A stretch of 31,011 nucleotides of DNA, taken from positions 1 through 31,011 of IMG/VR virus record IMGVR_UViG_3300031659_000053, one strand, 5' to 3'. The position numbers were made by a program, and so were the translations under genes. The notes below the pieces were generated by a model. It was not told the DNA's origin. It saw nothing but the letters and a program-made list of their open reading frames with translations, and did no database searches. The DNA is from a virus. Its lineage: Duplodnaviria > Caudoviricetes. Numbering within the stretch: the stretch's first letter is position 1; every line of letters starts with the position of its first letter. Shown in pieces: positions 9,076-20,018 of the stretch.

Positions 9076-9525
9076 ATGGCAATACGAAGAGCGTTCGCAC
9101 AAGAAGACACTAACCTACAGACTGCGTCAGTAACGACCAGTCGTGTACGTCAGTATACCGATATCGACCTTGCATTTATAGCAAAACCGACTAGTGGAGA
9201 AATCTACAAGAAGACGGATGCAGCTGCGGTGAGACAAGCGGTCAAGACACTAGTTATGACAAATAGACTGGAGAAACCGTTTCGTCCAAACTTCGGGGGA
9301 AATGTCCAAGGTCAGTTGTTTGAACTAGCGGATAGGGGTAGGTCTGATACATTACGTAGAGGTATCATAGAAAACATAGAAGTCTATGAACCAAGAGCAA
9401 AGGTCATCGATGTTCGTGTAAACCTCCAACCAGACAACAATAGTTTAGACGCAACGATAATGTTTAAGGTAGTTAATACCGAAGAAGAAGTTGAGTTCAC
9501 TACAACACTAGCAAGGTTAAGATAA
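9076..9525 (+). CDS. gp25: Baseplate wedge protein gp25
   Basis: YTDIDLAF...P...I.K..D..AVRQAVKTLVMT...EKPFRPNFG......LFE...IE.YEPRA is the GPW/gp25 signature. Confidence 0.92.
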   Translation: MAIRRAFAQEDTNLQTASVTTSRVRQYTDIDLAFIAKPTSGEIYKKTDAAAVRQAVKTLVMTNRLEKPFRPNFGGNVQGQLFELADRGRSDTLRRGIIENIEVYEPRAKVIDVRVNLQPDNNSLDATIMFKVVNTEEEVEFTTTLARLR

Positions 9526-9526
9526 A

Positions 9527-11353
9527 ATGGCAACAACAATAAAATCGACATCATTAGATTTTGATGCAATTAAAAATAACCTCAAAGTATTTCTTGCTGA
9601 TAAACCAGAGTTTGCGGACTACAACTTTGAAGCATCTGGTCTATCCAATATCTTAGACGTTCTTGCATATAACACACATTATAATGCACTGACAGCTAAC
9701 TTCGCATTGAACGAATCTTTTCTTGGAACCGCACAGTTGCGTAGTTCCATACTATCTCTTGCCGAAGGTATTGGATACATTCCAGATTCTATGACATCTT
9801 CTCAAGCGATTGTTAACTTGACGTTGAACCTTGCGGGTGTTACTGACCGAACGACTGAGATACAAATCCCACGTGGGTTAAAGTTTAATGCAACCGTGAA
9901 CGATGCGGAGTATGTGTTTCAGACACAAGAAAATATTAACGCAATAGATAATGGTTCAGGTCTTTATGAGTTTAAGAACATTGCTGGTAGTAAGAATATT
10001 AAGATTTTCGAAGGAACCGAACGAGTAAAAACGTTCCTCGTTTCTAGAGCTGAAGACAACGCAGTGTATATTGTCCCCGATGCACAAATGGATATCGATA
10101 CAACAATCATTCGTTCATATGAACAACCATCTTCATCGGTCTTTACTGCATATACTAGTATCCTAAAAGCGACAACTATTAACGCCAACTCTACATTATA
10201 CATTCTCAAAGAAGCACCTAATGGTTTCTTTGAATTGTCATTCGGTAACGGTGCAACTCTTGGTGATGCACCTAAGACTGGTTCAAAGGTTACTGCAACA
10301 TATCTTGCAGCTAGTGGCGCTTCTGCTAATACTGCGAATACGTTCGAACCCCAATCACAAGTTACGGTATCTGGTAGTGGTTATTCAATAAATGTTGCTA
10401 CGGTAGCTAAAAGTATTGGTGGTTCTGCAAAAGAAACAACCGAATCGATTCGTCAGAACGCCCCGTTCCAATATGCATCTCAGAATAGAATGGTAACTGC
10501 GGTAGATTATTCTACCTTAGTACTAAGAAACTTCTCCACACTGATTAAAGATATTCAATCATTTGGTGGTGAGGATGCACTCGACCCAGAATTTGGTACA
10601 GTGTTCCTATCAATCTTATTCAACGCAGACGTTGATGCGGTAACCATAGCAACCACAAAAGATTCTATCGTTGACCTTGCTAAACAACTGTCAGTTGCTT
10701 CTTTTAATATTAAGTTTACTGACCCAGTCAAGACATTCGTAGAGACTAGAACGTTCTTCCAATACAACCCTAGTCTGACTACACTCTCTAGAAACACTAT
10801 TCAGGACACAGTGAACGCTGCTATCAAGTCTTATTTTGTGACTAGTATTGGTAAGTTTTCACAATCGTTTAGACGTTCGAATCTTCTTACGTTGGTCGAT
10901 GATGTAAGTTCTGCGGTTCTTTCTTCACGTTGTGATGTGTTTGTACAGAGACGATTCACTCCAACACTAACTAAGATTCAAGACTATACACTTAGGTATG
11001 CAACAACTTTGCAGACTCCTGATGATGTCAACTATATTATAACATCTTCTCCGTTTAGATACAAGAACAAAACGTGTATTATTAGAAATAAATTGAATAC
11101 CAATAAACTAGAAGTGTACAACACAGAAGGTAATGAGGTTATCGTTGATAATGTTGGTAGTTACTCAACAGACACAGTCTTTATTGTAGGACTACAGATT
11201 GACAATTTTGTTGGTGCAGATGGATTCATTAAACTCTCAGCTAAACCAGCAAACCAAAGTGCTATATCTCCGTTTAGACAAGACATTCTTGAACTAGACC
11301 CAAGTAACACATTCTCTCGTGTAGTCACCGTGGACACTGGGGTCACTAACTAA
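9527..11353 (+). CDS. gp6: Baseplate wedge protein gp6
   Basis: LDFDAIKNNLKVFL....EFADYNFEASGLSNILDVLAYNTHY.A..ANF..NESFL.TAQLRSS; FELSFGNG..G..P; E..ESIR.NAP..YASQNRMVTAVDY. Confidence 0.95.
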   Translation: MATTIKSTSLDFDAIKNNLKVFLADKPEFADYNFEASGLSNILDVLAYNTHYNALTANFALNESFLGTAQLRSSILSLAEGIGYIPDSMTSSQAIVNLTLNLAGVTDRTTEIQIPRGLKFNATVNDAEYVFQTQENINAIDNGSGLYEFKNIAGSKNIKIFEGTERVKTFLVSRAEDNAVYIVPDAQMDIDTTIIRSYEQPSSSVFTAYTSILKATTINANSTLYILKEAPNGFFELSFGNGATLGDAPKTGSKVTATYLAASGASANTANTFEPQSQVTVSGSGYSINVATVAKSIGGSAKETTESIRQNAPFQYASQNRMVTAVDYSTLVLRNFSTLIKDIQSFGGEDALDPEFGTVFLSILFNADVDAVTIATTKDSIVDLAKQLSVASFNIKFTDPVKTFVETRTFFQYNPSLTTLSRNTIQDTVNAAIKSYFVTSIGKFSQSFRRSNLLTLVDDVSSAVLSSRCDVFVQRRFTPTLTKIQDYTLRYATTLQTPDDVNYIITSSPFRYKNKTCIIRNKLNTNKLEVYNTEGNEVIVDNVGSYSTDTVFIVGLQIDNFVGADGFIKLSAKPANQSAISPFRQDILELDPSNTFSRVVTVDTGVTN

Positions 11354-12351
11354 TGAAACAAGATGACACTCTAACAGACCTGAATAGAAGAGCTATTGCA
11401 TTTCCTAAGCAGTCGGTCGAGGAAGTGTTGCCTGCATTCTTTAGAGAAGAGTACCCCAAGTTAATTACTTTACTTGATTCGTACTACGGTTTTGAAGATG
11501 GTGACACGTCTCCGTCTAAATTGGTTAATGAACTTTTCTATAGTCGTGACATTACACAAACGGATATAGATTTATTATCTTATATAGAAGATGAACTTCT
11601 CTTGGGACAATCATACTTTGAAGGTTTTGCTGACAAGAGAGCTGCATCAAAATACTCAAATACTCTGTATCGGTCAAAGGGTACTAAGTATTCTATAGAA
11701 CAGTTCTTTAGAACTTTCTTTGGTATTGACCCCGATGTAATTTACACCAAGAAAAATGTATTTAAGGTTGGCGAAGAAGATTCACAGATTGGTTTGAACT
11801 CACAAAAGTATATTACCGATAACAAATTATACCAGACCTTTGCTATACTTGTCAAGTCTGATATTGCCTTTAGTGAATGGAAAGAACCATATAAACTATT
11901 CACCCACCCCGCTGGTATGTTCATTGGGTCAGAGGTTCAGATTGTATCGGAAGGTTTTGATACATTGACAGCACCATTTGTTCAAATCGAACCACCACCA
12001 CCAATCGTGGTAGAGGGAAGAGGTCTATTTGGAGACTATGCATTGAGTAGTATTACATCTCTTGTTGATGACCTATATACAGATTCAGCTGGTGTGTTAA
12101 GTAGAATCAATGCAGAACTCACGTCTATGGATGACTTTGATAAGGTTGGTACGCTTCAAGATATAGAGAATCAGTATTCATCTTTACGTGAAGCACAGAC
12201 TGCAACGTCACCTACGTTTGATGATTCAGACGAATTCCAGACAAACGGTATGGATATGAGTAACAACTTCTCCTTCGAGACGTTAGACCAAGACGCATTT
12301 AGGTGGTATAGTGCAGACTCAGACCAGTACTTAAAAACATTTACTTTATAG
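11353..12351 (+). CDS. Short gp7-like baseplate wedge protein
   Basis: VLPAFFREEYPKLITLLDSYY; LYRSKGTKYSIEQFFRTFFG; ITDNKLYQTFAIL; YKLFTHPAGM. These are motifs of the gp7/P2 gpI-like wedge proteins that follow gp6. Confidence 0.7.
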   Translation: MKQDDTLTDLNRRAIAFPKQSVEEVLPAFFREEYPKLITLLDSYYGFEDGDTSPSKLVNELFYSRDITQTDIDLLSYIEDELLLGQSYFEGFADKRAASKYSNTLYRSKGTKYSIEQFFRTFFGIDPDVIYTKKNVFKVGEEDSQIGLNSQKYITDNKLYQTFAILVKSDIAFSEWKEPYKLFTHPAGMFIGSEVQIVSEGFDTLTAPFVQIEPPPPIVVEGRGLFGDYALSSITSLVDDLYTDSAGVLSRINAELTSMDDFDKVGTLQDIENQYSSLREAQTATSPTFDDSDEFQTNGMDMSNNFSFETLDQDAFRWYSADSDQYLKTFTL

Positions 12352-12361
12352 TAACAACTCT

Positions 12362-12369
12362 TATAAATA
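12362..12369 (+). promoter_or_regulatory. T4-type late promoter
   Basis: Exact TATAAATA in the intergenic gap, 24 nt before the ATG at 12394. Confidence 0.85.
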
Positions 12370-12393
12370 GATAAAACAAGACGGAACAAAACA

Positions 12394-13425
12394 ATGGCAA
12401 GACAGACGGTAAACAGAGGAACAGCGGCAAATGACGGAACGGGTGATACCCTACGTGTTGCTGCACAGAAAATAAACGAGAACTTCACAGAACTCTATGT
12501 GGCAGTTGGTGGTGACTCTGCCACAGCATCTGTTAGTCTGACTCTTGGTGGTGCATTATTCGAAGGTCAAGCTGAAAATTCTTTCGAAACTTTGTTGCAA
12601 ACAATAGAACCGACACAAGATAATGACATATATCTTCCTGATACAAGTGGTACTATTGTTCTAGACTCTGACACACAGACGTTGTCTAATAAGACAATTC
12701 TTGTTCCGATAATGACAACCCCGAAAATTCGTGATGCGAACGCAAGTCATACTTACAATTTAACAGTAGGTGACATAAGTGCGAATCGTAACATGGCACT
12801 CCCCGCACTAACTACTAACGACACATTCGTTTTTGCAAACCAGACTCAGACATTAACCAATAAGACTATCAGTAGTTTAACTGTGAACAATCCATCGTTT
12901 GGTGGTATTGATGGTGGTTCAATTCTCTTCGATAGTGCCGGTGATGAGTACTTAAAGTTTGTAAAGACTGCAAGTGCGATTAACTTCGTTACCATCACAA
13001 ACGCTGCGACAGGTAATGCAGCTGTAATCGATGTTGACGGTGGTGATACTAATATCAGTCTGAAGATTGGTGCAAAGGGTACTGGTGCAGTACAGATTGT
13101 AAACAAACTTGTTCTTGAAAAGGGTTCAGACGTTTCAACAACAACTGCTGTAGATTTATCGGAACCATTAACAGTATTTAACTCTGGTAGTCTGATTCTT
13201 CCGACTATTTCGGATGGCACTATTCAAGCTGAAGTAAAACACTTCAGTAATGTAGGTGCTGGTGAAGTAAGATTACAAGCAGGAAGTACATCTAAAATAT
13301 TTGGTTGTAATAACAATGGTTACGTTTCATTTGGTGAAGGTGACGGATGTATACTAGTATGGAACTCAACAAAAAGCAAATGGTTCTTTGTGTCTAATAA
13401 CGGCACAACAATAGTGAACCCCTAA
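12394..13425 (+). CDS. gp9/gp10-like baseplate tail-fibre connector
   Basis: MARQTVNRGTAANDGTGDTLRVAAQKINENFTELY is the gp9/gp10 N-terminal motif. Two TQTL(S/T)NKTI fibre motifs follow. Confidence 0.75.
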   Translation: MARQTVNRGTAANDGTGDTLRVAAQKINENFTELYVAVGGDSATASVSLTLGGALFEGQAENSFETLLQTIEPTQDNDIYLPDTSGTIVLDSDTQTLSNKTILVPIMTTPKIRDANASHTYNLTVGDISANRNMALPALTTNDTFVFANQTQTLTNKTISSLTVNNPSFGGIDGGSILFDSAGDEYLKFVKTASAINFVTITNAATGNAAVIDVDGGDTNISLKIGAKGTGAVQIVNKLVLEKGSDVSTTTAVDLSEPLTVFNSGSLILPTISDGTIQAEVKHFSNVGAGEVRLQAGSTSKIFGCNNNGYVSFGEGDGCILVWNSTKSKWFFVSNNGTTIVNP

Positions 13426-13437
13426 AGGATAAATGAA

Positions 13438-14796
13438 ATGGCGATTGTAACTCAAAGAATTAAAAAACAAGTCATCCAGTCGATATCAGCTGACATAGGT
13501 ACTGCATCTGAAGAATACTTCATTGGAATTGGACGTTCCGAAGATTGGAATGATTCTGACATTGCACCTGCGGCTATCAACAGTTCACGAGAAGAAAGAA
13601 ACTTTCGTCTTGGATTACAGTCTGTCAAAAATGTTATCGACTACTCTTTTGTTGTTCCTAGATACAACTGGTCTTCTGGTGCAGTTTATAGTGCATACGA
13701 TGACGCACAGGTAGGTTATCCCTCACAGACATACTATGTCATGAACGATAACAACCAAGTTTATATGTGTATCCAACAATCAAAGAACACTGTTGGTCAA
13801 GCACAGGTGTCTACCGTGCAACCTACTGGTAACACGACAGGAACCCCGTTTGATACCTCAGATGGTTATATCTGGAAGTTCTTGTACTCTATTGGTGCTT
13901 TGGATGCAAACAAATATATCTCCGCAAACTACCTCCCAGTAACATTGGTTGGGACTACAGACTCGGATTCTCCTGCTGCAATCGTAGAACAGAAATTAGT
14001 TCAACAAGCTGCAATTGCAGGACAAATTGTTGGTTATGTAATCGACTCAGGTGGTAGTGGTTACTCATCTACTCCTACGGTTACTATTGTAGGTGACGGA
14101 ACAAAAGCAAAAGCTGGTGCAGGTATTTCTGGTGGACAGGTTACTCAAGTAGAACTTATTGATAGTTCTGGTTCATACACATTAGGTTCGGGATACAATG
14201 CCGCTTCTGTGTCAATAACTGGTGGTGGTTCACCAACTAAACCCGCATCGGTAAGAGCTGTCTTAGGTAGTGTAGGTGGACTCGGTGCAGACCCAAGGGA
14301 TGACCTTCGTTCTACCGCAATTATGTTCAACGTAAAACCTGAAGGTGCTGAGGGTACTGACTTTATTATCGGTAACGACTTCCGTCAGGTCGGACTCATA
14401 AAGAATATGAAGGATAGTTCTGGTTCAGTAGACTTTACTGCATCAACAGGTCTTGCACTTAAACGTTTAGAGTTCTCAAGTTTCTCAACACAATTTACTA
14501 CCGATAACATTATGGTCGGTGGAACATCTGGTGTGAAGGCTTATATAGATAAGATAGACTCCGACACTATTTGGTATCACCAGACAGAAGTAACTGGATT
14601 CGGAAACTTTGGTGCTGGTGAAAACATAACAGAACTTGTCGGTAATGGTGCTGGTGGTTTGAATGCAACATATGCTCCATACGTTAATCCTGAAGTAGAT
14701 ATATTCTCTGGTGATGTACTATACATTGACAATCGTGCGTCAATTACACGTAGTGCTGAACAGACCGAAGATATTAAAATCGTAATCCAAATTTAA
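13438..14796 (+). CDS. gp8: Baseplate wedge protein gp8
   Basis: YFIGIGRSEDW; VVPRYNWSSG.VY..YDD; YYVMND..QVYMC; TSDGYIWKFLY; NDFRQVGLIKN; SGDVLYIDNR..ITRS.EQTEDIKIVI. Confidence 0.9.
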   Translation: MAIVTQRIKKQVIQSISADIGTASEEYFIGIGRSEDWNDSDIAPAAINSSREERNFRLGLQSVKNVIDYSFVVPRYNWSSGAVYSAYDDAQVGYPSQTYYVMNDNNQVYMCIQQSKNTVGQAQVSTVQPTGNTTGTPFDTSDGYIWKFLYSIGALDANKYISANYLPVTLVGTTDSDSPAAIVEQKLVQQAAIAGQIVGYVIDSGGSGYSSTPTVTIVGDGTKAKAGAGISGGQVTQVELIDSSGSYTLGSGYNAASVSITGGGSPTKPASVRAVLGSVGGLGADPRDDLRSTAIMFNVKPEGAEGTDFIIGNDFRQVGLIKNMKDSSGSVDFTASTGLALKRLEFSSFSTQFTTDNIMVGGTSGVKAYIDKIDSDTIWYHQTEVTGFGNFGAGENITELVGNGAGGLNATYAPYVNPEVDIFSGDVLYIDNRASITRSAEQTEDIKIVIQI

Positions 14797-14807
14797 GGTA
14801 ACCAGAG

Positions 14808-17800
14808 ATGCCCAAGACATTTACATCCAACGTATTTAACTCCTCTTACAAGGATGATTTTAAAGATAGTGATAACTATCATCGTATTCTGTTTAACAGT
14901 GGTCGTGCATTGCAAGCACGTGAACTTACACAGATGCAAACTATTGTCCAAGAAGAAATTAGTAGGTTAGGACGAAACCTCTTTGAAGATGGCGCAGCTG
15001 TAAATCCAGGCGGGTCATCGCCAGATACTGCATCCGAATTCATTAAACTAAATACGGCTACAAACACTCTACCAACAGTCCTAACGACCTTAGTTGGAAC
15101 TGAGTTTACTGGACAAACGTCTGGTGTTAAAGCGAGAGTATTAAAAGTTCTTGCTGCCGAAGGTAGTGACCCCGCAACATTATATGTACAATACACAAAC
15201 ACTGCAGCTGCCAATGCTGGTGAATTAACCATTCGTCTGAGTGCTGGTGAAGATATTTCTAATGGGTCGGACACACTTACTGTCCAGTCTACTAACACAG
15301 TAGCGAACCCTGCTATTGGTGTAGGGTGTCAATTCTCAGTTGCTGCGGGTGACTTCTTTGTTCGTGGTCGATTCGTATATTCTCCCCCACAATCTATTCT
15401 TCTTTCGAAGTATACTAGATATCCAAACAAGGTTGTTGGTTTCAAAGTAACAGAAGATATTATTACTGTTGCTGATACTCAAGAGTTATATGATAACCAA
15501 GGCTCTACACCTAACCTGTCTTCGCCTGGCGCAGACCGTTATCGTATCAAACTTACACTTACTACACAAGACCTAGTTGCTAGTGATGAGAACTTTGTTT
15601 ACTACGCAAAAGTGGTTGATGGTAATACGGTTGCCCAAGTTACTGGGTTTGATGGTTATGCAGCACCTGATGAAATGGTTGCGATAAGAACTAAAGAAGA
15701 GTCTGGTGATTATATCGCAAAGACCTTCACTGTAGATTTCACTGATTCTGGTACAAACTTAATCGCTTCGGTATCTGATGGTACTGCTTATGTAAACGGT
15801 CATCGTGCCAACTCTAGCGCATCAGACCCATTGGTCATTCCAAAACCAAGAGGCACTGCGACACTTACTAATGAAGTCGCTGGTATTACTTACGGACAAT
15901 ACTTTTTGTGTAATGTCTTGAAAGGTAATTTGGATATCAGAACGTTCGCAAAACAGAATTTACGTTCTGCTGTGGCACATGGTGGTTCTACCATAGGTAC
16001 TGCAAGAGTTCGTGCTGTAGAAGAAGATGGTGCAAACTATCGTGTATACCTGTTCGATATTCAAATGAACAGTGGACAATCACTACGTAACGTTAAGTCC
16101 TTGGGTACTAGTAGTATACGAGTTGCTCAACCTATACTAGTTGGTAATAAGGCTGTAATTAAACAATCACTTGCTACAAACTTGGTGTACGCTTTACCTA
16201 ACCCTCGTCCAAAGAATATTACCGATGTTGACTTTGAAGTTCAACGTATTATAACTGGTACGTCAAATGGTTCGGGTTCGTTGACAATATCACTTTCCGC
16301 CACGGGAGAGACTTTTACTAATACCTCTCAGTGGATTTTTACACGTAACGATACTGGTGTTATAGTTGCTGCTTCCGCTAACGGTGCGGGAACAAACTCA
16401 TCAACAATCACAAGTCTTCCTAATAGTCAAGCAGTTACGGTATATGCTAAAGTAAACAAAGCGCAACCTTCGGTTCGTCAAAAGACATTAGTCGAAACTA
16501 CTTTTAGTGGTGCGGTTGAGTCGGACGGAACAGGAACTAAGTTTGTAAACTTACACGCAACAGATTTATATAACACACTGTCAATCAAACAAAATGATTC
16601 TTCTGGTTCAGACTTATCTTATCTCTTTACTGTTGATAACGGACAACGTGCGGGTTTCTATGATAACGCTCGTCTCGTTCTTGATGGTGGTGCAACAGCG
16701 CCCTCTGGTGCGGTATTCACAAGATATAAACACTTCACTCATGGTGCTGGTGATTACTTTTCAGTGAACTCTTACACAGGTCAAGTTGCGTATGAAGATA
16801 TTCCTACTTTTAATGTTGGCCCTCGTAGTTCAGTTAGTCTACGTGACGTAATCGATTTTCGTTCTTCGGTTGACTCAGCTGGACTATTTGTTGCCGGTGA
16901 CGCAGCACATAACGAAATACCTACTAACGGTGATATCTTTCAAGGGGATGTTGAATATTATGTTCCTCGTTCTGATAAGATTGTTGTTACAAAAGATGGT
17001 GAGATTAAAAACATTCTAGGTGAAGCAGGATTTGCTTCACAGATTCCAGCTACTCCACTAGATACGTTGGGTCTTTTTGAAATAGAACATAACGCATATG
17101 GTTTGAATGACTCCGACATTGCGATGAATCCACTTGAAGCAAAACGATTCACGATGAAGGACATCTCTAAACTTGAGAAACGTATTGACAATCTAGAAGA
17201 AGTAACCTCGTTAAGTCTTCTTGAAGTTCAGACATCTTCTCTATTGGTGTTAGATAGTGACGGTAATACAAGAACTAAGTCTGGTTTCTTTGTTGACAAC
17301 TTCGTAGATAGAAGTTTTACTGATGCTGCAAACGCAGAAAACCGTTCTGCCATTGACCCATCTAGAGGTCTATTAGCACCCCAGACAGTAGAAGACAACA
17401 TTTCACTTATATACGATAGTGCGCTTTCAAGTAACACTATCATGAGAGGTGATACTGTTTATCTTAACTACACACATAAAGAAGCTATCTCCCAACCATT
17501 AGTGTCTGGAACAGAGAATGTAAACCCATTTGCCGTTATTACTGGTGAAGGTTCTCTTACATTGTCACCAGCATCTGATGACTGGCAATCAACTACATAT
17601 GCACCAGCAAATGTAATCAACAAGACTTCAACCGAAGACCTCGGTATCCTCAATGAAGGCGAACTTGCAGCGGGAACCGCTGTTGGTAGAGGGATGACTC
17701 CTTGGGTCTGGAGTGGTCGTCCATTCATTCCTATGCTTGGATTTGGATTTGGTATTGGTGGTGAAGGTGGTTTTGGTGGTAATCTGTTTGGTGGATGGAG

Positions 17801-20018
17801 AGGAGTGAATGCATGGAACTGGAATGGTGTAGATACAAACACATCTAGACAATCCAACGGTATCAGTGCAACCTCTAATACGACTTTCGGTCGAGATAGA
17901 GTAACAACCACCACGTTCTCACAGAGTGTTGTTGTAGGTAATAGAACTGTTCGTAAAGTAGTTGGTGACAGAACAGTATCACTGACATTTATTCCTTTCA
18001 TGCGTTCAAGAAAAATATTCTTTAAAGCAGAAGGTCTACGACCTAGTACTCGTTACTTCCCATTCTTTGATGGCAAATCAGTCGCACACTTCTGTCGTGA
18101 AGAAACATTCGATAGATTTGCTCGTAAAAACAGTGGTACTTTCTATGGACGACAGTTTCAAAATAGTGCTTCTCACCCACAAGGTACTTCTAACCTAGAA
18201 GCCGATGTTAATGGTAGAATTGAAGGTTCATTCTTTCTTCCGAGTTCACCTACGGAACGTTTCCGTTGTGGTACTCGTGAGTTTAAGTTACTTGATATCA
18301 GTAAGAATGATGACGCAAACGCACTGTCTCATGCTAACATAAACTATGTTGCACAGGGAACATTGGAAACTAGACAACGAAGTATTACATCTACTCGTAT
18401 TACCCAAACCAGAACTCGAAGATGGACAGAAACTACACGAGTCCGTAATCGTGACCCACTTGCACAATCGTTCACGGTAACCAACCCCTCTGGTATGTTT
18501 GTAACTAAGGTTCAAACTTACTTTAAGAGTAAGGATAGTAGTATTTCGATTGAACTACAGATTCGTCCTATGGTTAACGGTGTCCCTTCTGCTGAAGATA
18601 TTATCGGTAATGCGATTAAAGTACTACCACCGTCATCGGTCAGTATAGCAGGAACCCAGACACAAGCTGGAGTAGCTGCTGCACCTACAACATTCGAATT
18701 TGACGAACCAGTCTACTTGAATGCTAATACGGATTATGCGATTGTACTTTTGGCTGAATCTATTGAATACGAAGCATATGTTGCAGAGACCTATGCATTT
18801 GAATTGGGTTCTACCGAGAAAAGAATCTCTCGTCAACCTTCTATGGGTTCATTGTTTAAGTCACAGAATGGTAAGACTTGGCAACCAGACCAAACAAAAG
18901 ACTTGTCGTTCAAACTCTTTCAAGCACAATTCGATACTTCGGGTGGTTATGCAGTCTTCGAAAACCGTGATACGGAAAAAGAATTGGCGTCAAGTAATCC
19001 ATTCTTTACTGACAGTGGTGATGCAACAGTTACTATGTTGTTCCCAAATCATGGTTATACAAAGAATGACACAATCATCATTGAAGGACTTACAAACGCA
19101 ACCAGATATAACGGTATCCTTGGTTCAAGTATTAACGGAAGTAACGTTGTTACACACGTTGACGGGTTCGGACTAAGATTTGAAGCAGACAGTGCTTCAA
19201 CATCTGCTGGTAGATTTGGTGGTGCTACAGTAATCGCTGACAAACAAATTCAGTTTGACGGTGTCACACCAAACTTTACTACACTCTTACCTGATGACAC
19301 ATCACTGACGTATGGTGTAAAATATACTACTGGTAAATCTCTTGCTGCTGTAACTGGTCAACAAGTAAGATATCAGAAAGATGCGGAGTACAGTTCGGAA
19401 GTAGCTATTGGTCAAGAGAACTTTTTCTCCTCACCAAAACTTATTGCAAAAACACAGAACGAAACGTCTGAACTTGGTTCTGGTGTTAAGTCAACAACAT
19501 TCAAAGTTAATATGGCAACTGTCCGTGCAGATGTATCACCATTGATTGATGCACAAAGAACTTCTCTTACAACAATAAGCAACCTTATTGATAATCAGGT
19601 TGCCAGTGGTACTGAGAATGGTGTCAACATTCCATTAACGTTTACAGCAGAAACCGTAGCTTTCGGTGGGTCTGCACTTGCGAAACATATTACCTCACCA
19701 GCGACTCTTGCAGAAGATGCTGTTGGTATGAAAGTACTTGTTGCTGCATTGAGACCTTCTGGTGCAGACTTCGACTTGTACTACAGAGTTGCAACGGACG
19801 GTGTTGTTATCTTTAATGAGGACTGGACGTACCAAGCTCCAGAATCATCAATTGCGCCAGACGAAAGAAACTTCCGTGAGTATCGTTTTCTGATTGGTGG
19901 TGATGGTGGTTCTGTTGACCCATTCACACAATATCAGTTTAAAATTGTGATGCGTTCGAACAACTCATCTAGGATACCAGTATTCAAAGACTTTAGAGCA
20001 ATTGCACTGGCGGTATAA
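14808..20018 (+). CDS. Large virion structural protein (DUF4815/VrlC-like family of marine T4-like phages)
   Basis: YKDDF....NYHRILF..GRALQARELTQMQTI.Q; PGADRYRI.L; RT.EESGDY; RFTMKDI.KLEKRI.NLE..TSLSLLE; KSGFFVDNF; NVNPFAV; RDPLAQSF; GSLFKSQNG.TW...Q..DL.F; P..KDFRAIA. Confidence 0.8.
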   Translation: MPKTFTSNVFNSSYKDDFKDSDNYHRILFNSGRALQARELTQMQTIVQEEISRLGRNLFEDGAAVNPGGSSPDTASEFIKLNTATNTLPTVLTTLVGTEFTGQTSGVKARVLKVLAAEGSDPATLYVQYTNTAAANAGELTIRLSAGEDISNGSDTLTVQSTNTVANPAIGVGCQFSVAAGDFFVRGRFVYSPPQSILLSKYTRYPNKVVGFKVTEDIITVADTQELYDNQGSTPNLSSPGADRYRIKLTLTTQDLVASDENFVYYAKVVDGNTVAQVTGFDGYAAPDEMVAIRTKEESGDYIAKTFTVDFTDSGTNLIASVSDGTAYVNGHRANSSASDPLVIPKPRGTATLTNEVAGITYGQYFLCNVLKGNLDIRTFAKQNLRSAVAHGGSTIGTARVRAVEEDGANYRVYLFDIQMNSGQSLRNVKSLGTSSIRVAQPILVGNKAVIKQSLATNLVYALPNPRPKNITDVDFEVQRIITGTSNGSGSLTISLSATGETFTNTSQWIFTRNDTGVIVAASANGAGTNSSTITSLPNSQAVTVYAKVNKAQPSVRQKTLVETTFSGAVESDGTGTKFVNLHATDLYNTLSIKQNDSSGSDLSYLFTVDNGQRAGFYDNARLVLDGGATAPSGAVFTRYKHFTHGAGDYFSVNSYTGQVAYEDIPTFNVGPRSSVSLRDVIDFRSSVDSAGLFVAGDAAHNEIPTNGDIFQGDVEYYVPRSDKIVVTKDGEIKNILGEAGFASQIPATPLDTLGLFEIEHNAYGLNDSDIAMNPLEAKRFTMKDISKLEKRIDNLEEVTSLSLLEVQTSSLLVLDSDGNTRTKSGFFVDNFVDRSFTDAANAENRSAIDPSRGLLAPQTVEDNISLIYDSALSSNTIMRGDTVYLNYTHKEAISQPLVSGTENVNPFAVITGEGSLTLSPASDDWQSTTYAPANVINKTSTEDLGILNEGELAAGTAVGRGMTPWVWSGRPFIPMLGFGFGIGGEGGFGGNLFGGWRGVNAWNWNGVDTNTSRQSNGISATSNTTFGRDRVTTTTFSQSVVVGNRTVRKVVGDRTVSLTFIPFMRSRKIFFKAEGLRPSTRYFPFFDGKSVAHFCREETFDRFARKNSGTFYGRQFQNSASHPQGTSNLEADVNGRIEGSFFLPSSPTERFRCGTREFKLLDISKNDDANALSHANINYVAQGTLETRQRSITSTRITQTRTRRWTETTRVRNRDPLAQSFTVTNPSGMFVTKVQTYFKSKDSSISIELQIRPMVNGVPSAEDIIGNAIKVLPPSSVSIAGTQTQAGVAAAPTTFEFDEPVYLNANTDYAIVLLAESIEYEAYVAETYAFELGSTEKRISRQPSMGSLFKSQNGKTWQPDQTKDLSFKLFQAQFDTSGGYAVFENRDTEKELASSNPFFTDSGDATVTMLFPNHGYTKNDTIIIEGLTNATRYNGILGSSINGSNVVTHVDGFGLRFEADSASTSAGRFGGATVIADKQIQFDGVTPNFTTLLPDDTSLTYGVKYTTGKSLAAVTGQQVRYQKDAEYSSEVAIGQENFFSSPKLIAKTQNETSELGSGVKSTTFKVNMATVRADVSPLIDAQRTSLTTISNLIDNQVASGTENGVNIPLTFTAETVAFGGSALAKHITSPATLAEDAVGMKVLVAALRPSGADFDLYYRVATDGVVIFNEDWTYQAPESSIAPDERNFREYRFLIGGDGGSVDPFTQYQFKIVMRSNNSSRIPVFKDFRAIALAV

